Assembly (NCBI GenBank): GCA_963714975.1
Contig: CAVQQD010000003.1
Span: 480,001-544,000, forward strand
Reading direction: 5' to 3'
Source of the DNA: an uncultured Gammaproteobacteria bacterium
GTDB taxonomy: Bacteria; Pseudomonadota; Gammaproteobacteria; JAURND01
Length of the DNA stretch: 64,000 nt
The stretch's first letter is position 1. Each line of letters opens with the position of its first letter. Both the position numbers and the translations under genes were made by a program. This document shows, in pieces, positions 1-9,686 of this stretch. The notes beneath the pieces were generated by a model. The model was given only the letters and a program-made list of their open reading frames with translations, was not told the DNA's origin and searched no databases.

Positions 1-768
1 TAAAGGGCGCAAAAGTTTGTCAGGATTATTATATACGAAGTATAAATTTTGCGTGGATTGATTCATATAAGGTTGAGCAGCTGCTAAAACAGTGCCTATA
101 ACCGCTGAGGTTTCTCCACCTTCAGTCACTGCAAAGACGACGTCATGTTTTTCAATTTTATTATCTGCTAATTGTAATTTGCCAATTACTTGTAAATCTT
201 CAAAGCCTTCTAGAGAACTAATTAAGGCGCGGTCTCCGCCAGTTATCTCACCTTTTAGACGATTTTGAAGATCAGGCAGATGAGTTTTAAGTTTTTCCCA
301 TTCTGGAGTTTGTGCCAGCTTTTTCCAAAAAGGGTGCCATAATGAACTTTCCACGGCCTCAGCTAACCGACCCGTAGAGCCAGTACCATAAAAGTATATT
401 TTATGGCCATTTAGCAGGGCGGTTTGAATAGCTGAAGAAGCATCTTCCAGGATTTTTAATTGTTTTGGATCCGTGGCTATTTCATTAAATTTACGAGTAA
501 TATCTTCATCTACTGCCAATAATGATTGCAGACCTACTAGGGTGTTTTGCGAAATTTGATAACTTAGCTGCATCGTTTTAGGATGACTTTGCTCAGTTAA
601 TAACGGATATAGGTGGAATTGTTTTTTATTACTAATGTAATCTAGAGCTTGTTCTGATGGAGTGATCTCCAGCTGACTTAGCAGTGTAGAGTTTGCATAA
701 GCATGCGGAGCAACAATTAAGAATAACCAGAAAATAAGTTTTGCTGAGAACTGATGCAGTGGAAGCAT
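1..768 (-). CDS. SIS-domain protein (MurQ/glucokinase-regulator-like) with N-terminal signal peptide; runs off the window edge
   Basis: Hand translation from ATG 768 (AAGGAG RBS upstream): MLPLHQFSAKLIFWLFLIVAPHAYA...KIYFYGTGSTGRLA...ITGGDRAL..SLEGFED...DVVFAVTEGGETSAVIG. These are MurQ/GKRP-type SIS motifs. Confidence 0.7.
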   Translation of the reverse strand, partial: MLPLHQFSAKLIFWLFLIVAPHAYANSTLLSQLEITPSEQALDYISNKKQFHLYPLLTEQSHPKTMQLSYQISQNTLVGLQSLLAVDEDITRKFNEIATDPKQLKILEDASSAIQTALLNGHKIYFYGTGSTGRLAEAVESSLWHPFWKKLAQTPEWEKLKTHLPDLQNRLKGEITGGDRALISSLEGFEDLQVIGKLQLADNKIEKHDVVFAVTEGGETSAVIGTVLAAAQPYMNQSTQNLYFVYNNPDKLLRPL

Positions 769-853
769 AAAATGCTCCTTCTATTTTTTAATAACTCTTG
801 AGTGTACTCAACGCAAAGGTGTCATGCTATCACATGACACCGGCAGGGTTAAG

Positions 854-2254
854 TTAATTCTGACCTTTCAATTGTTCCTCTAATTCCTCTAAAGTAATTC
901 CCTTGGTTTCTGGCAAGAATTTGGCAACAAAGATGATTGCCAAAATGCAGAAGACGCAGAATAAATAAAATAACGAAGATCTTCCAAAATGTTCCATAAA
1001 TGTCAGCGCATAAGCCATCACAATTCCAGCAAAAGTCCAATTAACCATGGTAGTAATCGTCATGCCCACTTCACGACCTTTTAGAGGGAATATTTCCGAA
1101 CAAACTAACCAAGCAATTGGTCCCCAAGAAAAGGCAAACCCGAAAATATATACAATTACAGCGATTAGCAGTGCTGCCTTAGGTATTGGGCCGACCATTG
1201 CAGGGTCAGTAGGGTTACCAATATACTGGAAGGTTAACCCTGCGGTTAACATACTGATCAACATAATGACTGCGCCCGCATACAATAATTTCTTACGACC
1301 CCATTTTTCTACTAAAAGTATCGCTGGAAAGGTGAACAACATGTTGACTGTAGGTACCGTCAGCATCGCGATTAGGCCTTTCATGCCTGCATAACCAAAA
1401 ATAGTGGGTGAGTAATAAATCATCACATTGATACCCACGAGTTGTTGGAACATTTGCAGCACAACACCAATGAGTAAGATTTTTATAAAATGGCGTTTAA
1501 ATAAGCCTCGAATGGCATGACCCTTGCTCTCGGTCAGCACTTGCTCAATTTCGCTAATTTCAGTATCTATTTCTTGTTGAGTATTAAAAGTACGCCGTAA
1601 AACTCTGTATGCTTGCTCTTTTTTGCCTTTGAGCATCAACCAGCGGGGACTTTCTGGCAAAACTAAGCTGCCTACCAGCATGAAGATAGCAAAGACTGCA
1701 ATCACGCAAAACATCAAAGGTAAGGCAATTGTCGGAGTAACGAATACCCGAGCAATATACACATTCGTTGCGGCAATCAGGAAAATGCCGATTGTAATCA
1801 TTAATTGAAACAGGGTCCCCATCGCTCCGCGAATCTTGGCGGGTGCTGTTTCTGATAAATAAAGTGGGGTAATAAACGAAGCAATGCCCACCCCAAAACC
1901 AAGCAGGAAACGGCAAGCGCTTAATAAAAACAGCGAGGGTAGCGATGCTGAGGCTATTGAAGCAGCGCTAAAAATAAATCCCGCCAAAACCAAACTTTTT
2001 TTACGACCGAGAAAGCGGGCAAATAATCCTGAGAGCAGGGCTCCGATGACTCCGCCGGTGGCGAGAATTGCTGAATAGTTTTCAGCTCCCTGAGTATTTA
2101 AGTGATAAACGGATTTGATAGTATCAAGTGAGTTGGCAATGAAGCCTTGATCCAGACCAAAGAGTAAGCCTCCTAAAGCCCCAACCAAGCAAATAAAATA
2201 GACAATAGATTTATAACCACCGACCTGCTTATTACTATAGATTTCTCCGTTCAT
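854..2254 (-). CDS. MFS sugar porter (GalP/XylE-like)
   Basis: GGLLFGLD, GRKK, YLSETAP..RG, PESPRWL, QQLVGIN and PETKG motifs. Confidence 0.92.
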   Translation of the reverse strand: MNGEIYSNKQVGGYKSIVYFICLVGALGGLLFGLDQGFIANSLDTIKSVYHLNTQGAENYSAILATGGVIGALLSGLFARFLGRKKSLVLAGFIFSAASIASASLPSLFLLSACRFLLGFGVGIASFITPLYLSETAPAKIRGAMGTLFQLMITIGIFLIAATNVYIARVFVTPTIALPLMFCVIAVFAIFMLVGSLVLPESPRWLMLKGKKEQAYRVLRRTFNTQQEIDTEISEIEQVLTESKGHAIRGLFKRHFIKILLIGVVLQMFQQLVGINVMIYYSPTIFGYAGMKGLIAMLTVPTVNMLFTFPAILLVEKWGRKKLLYAGAVIMLISMLTAGLTFQYIGNPTDPAMVGPIPKAALLIAVIVYIFGFAFSWGPIAWLVCSEIFPLKGREVGMTITTMVNWTFAGIVMAYALTFMEHFGRSSLFYLFCVFCILAIIFVAKFLPETKGITLEELEEQLKGQN

Positions 2255-2328
2255 AAACAATATCCCCTTAATGAATTATGGATTAATCGCGGCATTATGT
2301 CTGGTTTTTAAGTCTGAGTCTACTGCTA

Positions 2329-2964
2329 CTAGTTGGGGGTATACCATTGGCGGCAGAGATAGTTAAAGCTTTCTTGATCATTGGTTTTTTCATCTAGTTG
2401 CCTTGAGAAGTAACGCTGAGCAACGTAGCTAAGTGTGGCTACGAAAAGCAAGGGAGCGGCTATTTCTAGGGCAACATAATCTGCATCCCAGATTCCAGTT
2501 GCGATTGTTCTCTGGATTTTTATAGCCGTAAAAAAGCAAGCGCTAGTGGCACAAAGATAGCCAAGCCACCATGAAAAACTCTCCCTTCGGTCGTAAGAGT
2601 CTATTTTTCGGCGCTCATTTGCTGCTAGTGCTTGAAACTCGTTTTTTACTTCTGGGCTTTTGAGCTTATTTTGCCAGTTGGAATATGCAGTTGCTATGCC
2701 ATTTTCACTCAAATATTCACGTTTTTGCTGGTTGAAATAATAAGCCAAACTAAAGGCAATTATGGCAATAACCAAGGGAGCAACCGAGAAAAAAATGGAA
2801 AGCGAATCAGGGGGGCCGTACTCTAATCCGTATATGCAACAACTAACAGAAAAATAGACACAGGGCGCTAGAGCAGTTATCCCTACTAACTTTGCACGAA
2901 AGTTATAGTCCTCATAGCAGGTTGCCTGTTTTTTTTGTTCTAATCCTAGGGCCTGAGTTGCCAT
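2329..2964 (-). CDS. Hypothetical membrane protein (about 4 TM segments)
   Basis: 211-aa ORF with RBS and hydrophobic segments; no family recognised. Confidence 0.6.
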   Translation of the reverse strand: MATQALGLEQKKQATCYEDYNFRAKLVGITALAPCVYFSVSCCIYGLEYGPPDSLSIFFSVAPLVIAIIAFSLAYYFNQQKREYLSENGIATAYSNWQNKLKSPEVKNEFQALAANERRKIDSYDRRESFSWWLGYLCATSACFFTAIKIQRTIATGIWDADYVALEIAAPLLFVATLSYVAQRYFSRQLDEKTNDQESFNYLCRQWYTPN

Positions 2965-3041
2965 ATTTGTCTCCTCGTGTAAAGATGAAGCCCATTATAT
3001 TATTTTTTGACCCATTATGTGAAGTATTTTGTTCAAAATTT

Positions 3042-3707
3042 ATGACATCTTCTGCTCCTTTATATCCTATTCGTAGTTATGTACGCCGCCAGGGGCGGTT
3101 GACATTACGCCAAGAATTGGCGCTTACCCAGCATTCCTCGCGGTATGTTTTACCTGGGGTTGCTATTGATTCTTGGGAGACTGTATTTGGACGCCAGGCT
3201 ATGACCAGCCTTGAAATTGGCTTTGGTATGGGACAGGTATTGCTTGACTTAGCTCGTCGTTACCCAGAAAAAAATTTTATTGGTATTGATATCTATCCGC
3301 CAGGGGTAGGATCGGTGCTGGCTCAGCTGGCGGCAGAAGATATAAGCAATGTACGCTTGTTTTGTGCGGATGTGGTCAGGATTATTCCTTTATTGCCGGA
3401 TGCTTCCTTGCAAGAAATTCTGATCTTTTTTCCGGATCCTTGGCCGAAGCGGCGGCATCATAAGCGTCGTTTAATCCAGCGTAGCTTTGTTGAATTACTG
3501 CTGCCAAAATTACGAGAAAATGGCTGCATTCATCTGGCTACGGATTGGGAAGATTATGCTGTGCATATGGCCAAAATTTTTAGTCAAATTCCTGAGTTGA
3601 GCCAAATTACTGCTGATCCCGCGCTTCGTCCATTAACTAAGTATGAACAGCGGGGACAACGTTTAGGCCATGGGGTTTGGGATTTTGCTTTTGTAAAAAC
3701 GACCTAA
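3042..3707 (+). CDS. trmB: tRNA (guanine-N7)-methyltransferase
   Basis: IRSYVRRQGR, LEIGFGMG, FFPDPWPKRRHHKRR, LATDWEDY, TKYEQRG; start moved to ATG 3042. Confidence 0.95.
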   Translation: MTSSAPLYPIRSYVRRQGRLTLRQELALTQHSSRYVLPGVAIDSWETVFGRQAMTSLEIGFGMGQVLLDLARRYPEKNFIGIDIYPPGVGSVLAQLAAEDISNVRLFCADVVRIIPLLPDASLQEILIFFPDPWPKRRHHKRRLIQRSFVELLLPKLRENGCIHLATDWEDYAVHMAKIFSQIPELSQITADPALRPLTKYEQRGQRLGHGVWDFAFVKTT

Positions 3708-3737
3708 GGTTTCCATTGGCAATGGAAACTTTGTGAA

Positions 3738-4859
3738 CTAAGCTCCTCTTGAGCGTATAAAGGTATAGCTAACACTTCTTCCTCCTGATTCACTTGGCAG
3801 CAAAATCTGGCGTGTAAGCAGGTCATTAATGTCTCTTAAAGCGGTATCTTGAGAACATTTAGCGAGTTTGGCCCATTTTGAAGAAGTAAGTTTGCCATAG
3901 AATGTTCCATCTAATAAGCGATTAAGGATGAAACGCTGTCTTTGGTTAAAGGATTCTCCGGCATGGATTCGCCAAAAATCCGCTTTACCTAGAATGGTTG
4001 TGAGAGTTTTTTCTGATGCTGCAATAGCACGTTGCAGGCAATTTAAATACCATTCGATCCATGCGCTAATGTTTAATGAGCCTTTTTGGCAATTTTCTAG
4101 GACACTGTAATAAGAGTCGCGTTCTCGTTGAATTTGGGCGGATAAACTATAAAATCTTTGTGTGCTTTTTTCGGAACGAGCCAGCGCCATATCGGCTATG
4201 GCACGCGCAATTCGACCATTGCCGTCATCAAAGGGATGGATCGTTACGAACCAAAAATGGGCTATGGCGGATTTTAGGACTAAATCCATTTCAGTCGCAT
4301 GATTATTAAACCATTGCAGAAATTTGGTCATTTCCTGATTTAATCGACTATAATCAGGGGCTTCAAAGTGGACTTTTTCATGTCCATGGGATCCGGATAC
4401 CACCCGCATGGGACCGCTAGATTGGTTACGCCAGTGGCCGACCGTAATCCGGTGTAAACCACTTCTGCCGGTGGGAAACAGGGCAGAATGCCAGCTAAAT
4501 AATCGATCTTTAGTCAGGGATGAAGGATAATTTTGTGTCGCATCAAGCAGTACTGCAACTATACCCTCTACATGCCGGTCTGCTTGGATAGTGCCTCCAA
4601 TATCCAGCCCTAATTTTTCTGCGATAGAAGAACGGACCTGTTTGGCATCAAGCTTTTCGCCTTCAATTTCGCTGGTTTTGATCACATCTTGAGTCAGGGT
4701 GTTTAATGTGGCTTCTTCTTGTAGTTGAAAACCCAGGGTATCCATTTGTCCTAATAAACGGCCTTGGTAATAGCGTACTTCTGCTAGGAGATCGACAAAT
4801 TTTGCTTGATCCCAGGTGAAATTAGGCCATTCTTTCTGCTCGTAAATATACATCGTCAT
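3738..4859 (-). CDS. Fic family protein (DUF4172-type N-terminus, C-terminal HTH)
   Basis: Canonical Fic motif HPFDDGNGRIAR; N-terminal YIYEQKEWPNFTWD; C-terminal SQDTALRDI. Confidence 0.92.
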   Translation of the reverse strand: MTMYIYEQKEWPNFTWDQAKFVDLLAEVRYYQGRLLGQMDTLGFQLQEEATLNTLTQDVIKTSEIEGEKLDAKQVRSSIAEKLGLDIGGTIQADRHVEGIVAVLLDATQNYPSSLTKDRLFSWHSALFPTGRSGLHRITVGHWRNQSSGPMRVVSGSHGHEKVHFEAPDYSRLNQEMTKFLQWFNNHATEMDLVLKSAIAHFWFVTIHPFDDGNGRIARAIADMALARSEKSTQRFYSLSAQIQRERDSYYSVLENCQKGSLNISAWIEWYLNCLQRAIAASEKTLTTILGKADFWRIHAGESFNQRQRFILNRLLDGTFYGKLTSSKWAKLAKCSQDTALRDINDLLTRQILLPSESGGRSVSYTFIRSRGA

Positions 4860-4934
4860 GTAATAAGCCCCATGAACAAAGCTATGGGTAGTCCTAAATA
4901 ATATTCGCCGCATATTTTAAGGAGATTATAGGCT

Positions 4935-5837
4935 CTATTCGCCGCATAAGCCAGAGTCAGTGAGCAGCTGGATAATGGCAGAAAAATCCTTTTCTCCACC
5001 ACCTTGCTTGACAAATAAGGTATAAAGCGCGGTGGCTTCAGCTCCCAAGGGAGTCGTAGCCCCGACCTGTTGGGCGGCATTTTGGCTAAGTAGTAAATCT
5101 TTGAGCATCATTCTTGCCATAAATCCGGCCGCATAATCGTGATTGGCTGGGGCGGTGTCGACTAAGCCAGGCCAGGGAGGATTAACGGTGAGCGACCAAC
5201 ACTGGCCGGAGGAATTGGTGCTAATTTCATGCAGCTTTTTAGCATCCAAACCGAGTTTGTCAGCGAGGGCAAATGCTTCAGAAACAGCAATCATTGAAAT
5301 ACCCAGGATCATGTTGTTACAAATTTTGGCCGCTTGACCATTACCCTCAGGTCCAGCGTGGATGATTTTCGTGCCCATGGCTTCCAGAAGCGGTTTTGCC
5401 CGTTCGAAATGCTCTTCACTCCCTCCGACCATAAAAGTTAGGCTGGCCGCTTCTGCACCCTTCACCCCACCAGATACGGGGGAATCCACCATGGCCAAGC
5501 CCATGTCTTTGGCGTGTTGATGTAACCTCTGGCTGGTAGCAATATCGATCGAGGAACAATCGATAAATAAACAGCCGGATTTTGCCTGGGCAAATAGACC
5601 TGTTTCGCCCAGGCATAACTCACTGACCTGCGCCCCAGTTTGCACCATGGTAATAATGATATCCGCATCTTGGATGGCGTCGAGAGCGGATTCGGTAGGA
5701 ATGGCTCCGTGAGTAGTTAATTCGTGGACTGCTTGTGGGATTACATCATAAATTCGTACTTGATAACCTTTTTTCAGCAAATTGAGCACCATGGGTTTCC
5801 CCATGTGACCTAGTCCGATAAATCCAATGGTATGCAT
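4935..5837 (-). CDS. mmsB: 3-hydroxyisobutyrate dehydrogenase
   Basis: IGFIGLGHMG, DSPVSGG, AAKICNNM, MLKDL; follows mmsA. Confidence 0.93.
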   Translation of the reverse strand: MHTIGFIGLGHMGKPMVLNLLKKGYQVRIYDVIPQAVHELTTHGAIPTESALDAIQDADIIITMVQTGAQVSELCLGETGLFAQAKSGCLFIDCSSIDIATSQRLHQHAKDMGLAMVDSPVSGGVKGAEAASLTFMVGGSEEHFERAKPLLEAMGTKIIHAGPEGNGQAAKICNNMILGISMIAVSEAFALADKLGLDAKKLHEISTNSSGQCWSLTVNPPWPGLVDTAPANHDYAAGFMARMMLKDLLLSQNAAQQVGATTPLGAEATALYTLFVKQGGGEKDFSAIIQLLTDSGLCGE

Positions 5838-5858
5838 GCTTTGTTCCTTCTTTAAAAT

Positions 5859-5933
5859 CCTCTCTCCCACCCGAGCCCTTCGACAAGCTCAGGACAGGCT
5901 CGCGAGGGAAGGTGGGAGAGTAGGGTGAGGGGG
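5859..5933. repeat. REP-like palindromic repeat (CCCTCTCCC...GGGAGAGGG family with CCCTTCGACA.GCTCAGG insert)
   Basis: Hairpin sharing motifs with the copies at 7484, 30810, 54813 and 58680. Confidence 0.8.
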
Positions 5934-5943
5934 TATTACCTCA

Positions 5944-7443
5944 TTACCGTGTAGTAGGAATAGTAAATTCAGCCTGCAGCTTTTTCCCTGCAGGCCAGCG
6001 CTGGGTCACGGTTTTGATTTTAGTGTAAAAGCGCACGCCTTCGCTGCCGTACATGCCAATGTCTGCAAATACCGAGCGTTTCCATCCGCTAAAATTATGA
6101 TAAGCAAAGGGCACTGGAATTGGCACGTTAATTCCCACCATGCCAATTTGCACCCGGCTGGCAAATTCGCGCGCAAAATAACCGTCACGAGTAAAAATAG
6201 CCGCACCATTCCCATATTCGTGCTGACTGACTAAGGAAAGTGCAGTTTCAAAATCGGGAACGCGCACAATACCAAGGACGGGGCCAAAAATTTCTTCTTT
6301 GTAGATCCGCATTTCCGGTCTGACATGATCAAACAAACACCCGCCTAAATAAAAACCTTGAGTCAACTTAGGATGTTGAAAACCCCTACCATCCACCAGC
6401 AATTTTGCACCTTCTTGGACGCCTAAATCGATATACGCAAGAACACGCTCCCGATGCGCCTGCGTGACGAGTGGACCCATCTCCACATCTGGCGCCATAC
6501 CGTCGCCAATTTTCAGTGCTTGCACGCGAGGAAGTAGTTTTTCGACAACAGCAGCTGCTGTGGATTCGCCGACGACTACCACGACGGAGATCGCCATACA
6601 ACGTTCCCCCGCCGAGCCATAAGCAGCGCCGACAATAGCATCTGCAGCCTGATCTAAGTCTGCATCCGGTAGAATAACAGCATGATTTTTAGCTCCACCC
6701 ATGGCTTGTACTCGTTTGCCCTGAGCAGTCGCGGTCTTAAAAACATGCTCAGCCACTGCCGTAGAGCCTACAAAACTAATCGCTGTGACATCCTGATGGG
6801 TCAGTAAACCATCGACAACTTCTTTATCTCCATGCACGATATTAAGCACGCCGCTGGGTAAACCCGCTTCGTGAATTAATTCCGCAATCCGAATGGAGCA
6901 AGAGGGATCTTTTTCCGAGGGCTTCCAGATAAAAGTATTGCCACAAGCAATCGCCAGTGGGAACATCCACAACCCAATCATCGCTGGAAAATTAAAAGGA
7001 GTAATGCCCACGCAGACACCTAATGCTTGGCGCATCGAATAGCTGTCGACTCCCGTCCCGACTGATTCTGCAAATTCGCCTTTGAGGTATTGAGGAATTC
7101 CACAGGCAAACTCCACCACTTCAATGCCCCGTTGTACCGAGCCGCGGGCATCCGCAAAGGTTTTGCCATGTTCTTTAGTGACCAATTCCGCTAATTCATT
7201 GGTGTGCTGACGCAAGAGTTCATTGAATTTAAATAAGATATGCGTGCGCCGCGCCGGTGTAGTTGATGACCATGCAGTAAAAGCTTTTCGTGCTGCGCAG
7301 ACAGCATGATCAATCTCACTGGGACTGGCTACGGCAACACGTCCCGAAACCTCTCCCGTCGCTGGATTGTAGATCTCCAAGAAACGACCGGAATCAGCCA
7401 GTATCCGTTGATTATTAATGTAATGAGAAACCGTATAGACCAT
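5944..7443 (-). CDS. mmsA: CoA-acylating methylmalonate-semialdehyde dehydrogenase
   Basis: ITPFNFPAM, KPSEKDP, SFVGST, GGAKNH, GSAGERCMA, EEIFGPV. Confidence 0.95.
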   Translation of the reverse strand: MVYTVSHYINNQRILADSGRFLEIYNPATGEVSGRVAVASPSEIDHAVCAARKAFTAWSSTTPARRTHILFKFNELLRQHTNELAELVTKEHGKTFADARGSVQRGIEVVEFACGIPQYLKGEFAESVGTGVDSYSMRQALGVCVGITPFNFPAMIGLWMFPLAIACGNTFIWKPSEKDPSCSIRIAELIHEAGLPSGVLNIVHGDKEVVDGLLTHQDVTAISFVGSTAVAEHVFKTATAQGKRVQAMGGAKNHAVILPDADLDQAADAIVGAAYGSAGERCMAISVVVVVGESTAAAVVEKLLPRVQALKIGDGMAPDVEMGPLVTQAHRERVLAYIDLGVQEGAKLLVDGRGFQHPKLTQGFYLGGCLFDHVRPEMRIYKEEIFGPVLGIVRVPDFETALSLVSQHEYGNGAAIFTRDGYFAREFASRVQIGMVGINVPIPVPFAYHNFSGWKRSVFADIGMYGSEGVRFYTKIKTVTQRWPAGKKLQAEFTIPTTR

Positions 7444-7483
7444 GAATTGCAACTCCTGTAAAAAAATAGCTTCCACATTATTA

Positions 7484-7571
7484 TTCCTTCTCCTCTTGTG
7501 GGAGAAGGTGCCGTCCCTTCGACAGGCTCAGGGCAGGCTGGCGGATGAGGGGTAAGCTAAGTTTAGCACCC
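7484..7571. repeat. REP-like palindromic repeat
   Basis: Near-identical to 30810-30894 (CCTTCTCC..TTGTGGGAGAAGGTG...GGCGGATGAGGGG...TAGCACCC). Confidence 0.85.
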
Positions 7572-7575
7572 AGGC

Positions 7576-7789
7576 TTAAATAATCTCCCCTGCCCACAAC
7601 ATTTGAAGAAAGTGCTCCCAGGGCAAACCTTCTATATTACCTTCAATTATTTTAGGTTCTTTTTCGAAAGAAACTAATAGACGACGCCTGATAGTGTTAG
7701 TTTCAGCAAGTGCGTTTAATCCCTTGCAATCGCTAGAGTATACGCGACTGGAAGATTTTATTTCTATAGCAACCTCCATGTCTCCCAAA
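7576..7789 (-). pseudogene. 3' fragment of AAA ATPase/DUF4143 gene, interrupted by the IS605-type element
   Basis: LGDMEVAIEIKSS...LPWEHFLQMLWAGEII, a typical DUF4143-family C-terminus. Confidence 0.75.
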
Positions 7790-7831
7790 TTGACGTCCTC
7801 CCCGCCTAAAGGGCGAGGATTCCTACTGCGG

Positions 7832-9040
7832 TTACGCAACCTGTGCGCAACTCGCTTCGGTGGGTTCTTGCTTCCTCGAGCGACCTGACTGCGTCTTCTC
7901 TCCACAAGCTAGCAAGCGGTGCCCCCGCTCTAAAATATTGATCGCGCCAACCACATCGGCATGGTGGCTATAGCCACAACGCACGCACGCAAACTCAGCT
8001 TGCGTTTTGCGATTGTCTGCACAAACGTGCTGACAGGCAGGACAGGTTCGACTGGTATTTTTCGGATCCACCGCCAGAAAAATGCCACCGTTCCACTCAA
8101 GCTTATAAGCTAACTGGCGTCGAAATTCGCCCCAACCCTGATCCAGTATGGCGCGATTTAAACCTGCCTTTTGTCTGACCTGGCGACCGTGCTGCTCACA
8201 ATTGCCTTGGGCAGATTTCGACATGGCAGCTATCTGCAAATCCTCAACACAGACGAGCGCGTGGTTTTTGCTAATCGCGGTGCTGGTTTTGTGCAGAAAA
8301 TCTTGTCTGACCTGGGCAATCGTGTTGTGAGTCTTTTGAACCCGTCTTTGGGCTTTTATCCAATTACGACTAAATTTTTTCTTACGCTTCAGGCGACGTT
8401 GATAATGCGCAAGGCGTGCTTGATGTTTTTTGAAGCTATTCGCGGGTTCGACATAGGTCCCATCACTCATCGTAGCAAAACGTGCAATACCCATATCGAT
8501 ACCCACTGGGGTAGTAGCTGCTGGCAAGGATTGACTCTCTTCACGCTCGGTCTGCACTGATACAAACCACAAGCCATTGCATTGCTTAACGATGACGTTT
8601 TTAATTTCCCCTACTACAGCACGACTGTTGCGATAGCGTATCCATCCCAACTTTGGCAGAAAAATACGGTTATTATCTTGATCCAGCTTAAACCCTTGTG
8701 GAAAACGAAAACTATCTGATGAGTGAGCTTTTTTCTTGAATTTGGGGAAAGCAGCACGGTGGGCGAAGAAGTTTTTAAATGCGAGATCAAGGTCCTTGGT
8801 GACTTGTTGCAAGGTTTGGGAAGGCGATTGTTGCAGGTAGGGCATTTCTTTTTTCCATACTAACAACCAGTGATTCATACCAAAGCTATGGGTAAACGGT
8901 TTGTTTTCGGCATAGAGCTCTTGTTGACGCGCCAATGCTAAATTCCAAACCTTACGTGCATTACCCGCAAACTGACTCATCGCGCGTTTTTGCGCACCAT
9001 TCGGCTCAATACGGAATTTAAATGCTTTCTGGATTTTCAT
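7832..9040 (-). CDS. tnpB: RNA-guided endonuclease TnpB
   Basis: [12 protein letters not shown], RuvC-I GIDMG, RuvC-II VEDL, zinc finger CPAC...CVRC, Ruv[14 protein letters not shown]. Confidence 0.96.
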   Translation of the reverse strand: MKIQKAFKFRIEPNGAQKRAMSQFAGNARKVWNLALARQQELYAENKPFTHSFGMNHWLLVWKKEMPYLQQSPSQTLQQVTKDLDLAFKNFFAHRAAFPKFKKKAHSSDSFRFPQGFKLDQDNNRIFLPKLGWIRYRNSRAVVGEIKNVIVKQCNGLWFVSVQTEREESQSLPAATTPVGIDMGIARFATMSDGTYVEPANSFKKHQARLAHYQRRLKRKKKFSRNWIKAQRRVQKTHNTIAQVRQDFLHKTSTAISKNHALVCVEDLQIAAMSKSAQGNCEQHGRQVRQKAGLNRAILDQGWGEFRRQLAYKLEWNGGIFLAVDPKNTSRTCPACQHVCADNRKTQAEFACVRCGYSHHADVVGAINILERGHRLLACGEKTQSGRSRKQEPTEASCAQVA

Positions 9041-9061
9041 GCGACTATTATATTCTGGTCT

Positions 9062-9143
9062 ATGCCAAACTCAATACAGTAAAGAGCGAATCCAAAACGG
9101 GTAGACACTACAGTACATTGAGCAGCAACCAAAACCCAAATAA
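9062..9143 (+). pseudogene. tnpA: Internally deleted IS200-type TnpA (HUH/Y1) remnant
   Basis: N-terminal KTGRH (9094-9108) joined directly to C-terminal QYIEQQPKPK* (9111-9143). Confidence 0.65.
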
Positions 9144-9196
9144 TCGAAGGAGTGCCTTACATCCACCATGAATGACGGGGTCTTACGGCACGATGG

Positions 9197-9320
9197 ATAA
9201 ACTGTTCAAAAGATTTTCCAAATTCTGGAGTATTTTGTGCTGGCTTGCGTTGCGCTAAATAATTAGTGACACCAATATCGAATAAATAGAATTTTTCAGT
9301 TTCTATCAGCCTTTTTTCTT
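9197..9320 (-). pseudogene. Upstream fragment of the same DUF4143 ATPase gene (5' part absent)
   Basis: KRLIETEKFYLFDIGVTNYLAQRKPAQNTPEFGKSFEQF. Confidence 0.75.
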
Positions 9321-9686
9321 GGACCCCAGAGGAAAGCAGATTTATCTGCAGGTAACGTTATATTAAGGAGTCGAGATTTAATGTCCATGCAGGGCATTTT
9401 ATCCGGATAAAGTGCCCTGTCAAGGAATAATTGCAAGACGACGGGCTGCCCAAGAAATTCCTTGACAAGTGGTTTAACTATTTACTAAAGTACACACACG
9501 TTAAGGTTTAATTAAATTGCATGGAAAATTTCTCATTATCTACACTTAAGCATCAAGTAATTGGTGTTTTTAAGCATATCAGCTAAGGACAGGCACTTAG
9601 GTGCGTGTTAACTACCTCTCAATCTTCATTGAAAGTAGTGACATTCGAACGAAATTAAAAATTAAAATCATGAGGTTGTCATAGCT

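Larger units (their letters stand above)
7790..9196 (-). mobile_element. IS200/IS605-family element (divergent tnpA remnant + tnpB)
   Basis: Left-end hairpin 9152-9191 with TTTAT (9197-9201, minus strand) directly 5' of it; right-end hairpin 7796-7820 ending in TCAA; no target duplication; flanks rejoin in frame. Confidence 0.9.

Noticed and set aside
7576-7905. 109-aa ORF as an intact gene
   Set aside because: Its first 39 or so codons are the IS right end; the rest is a DUF4143 fragment.
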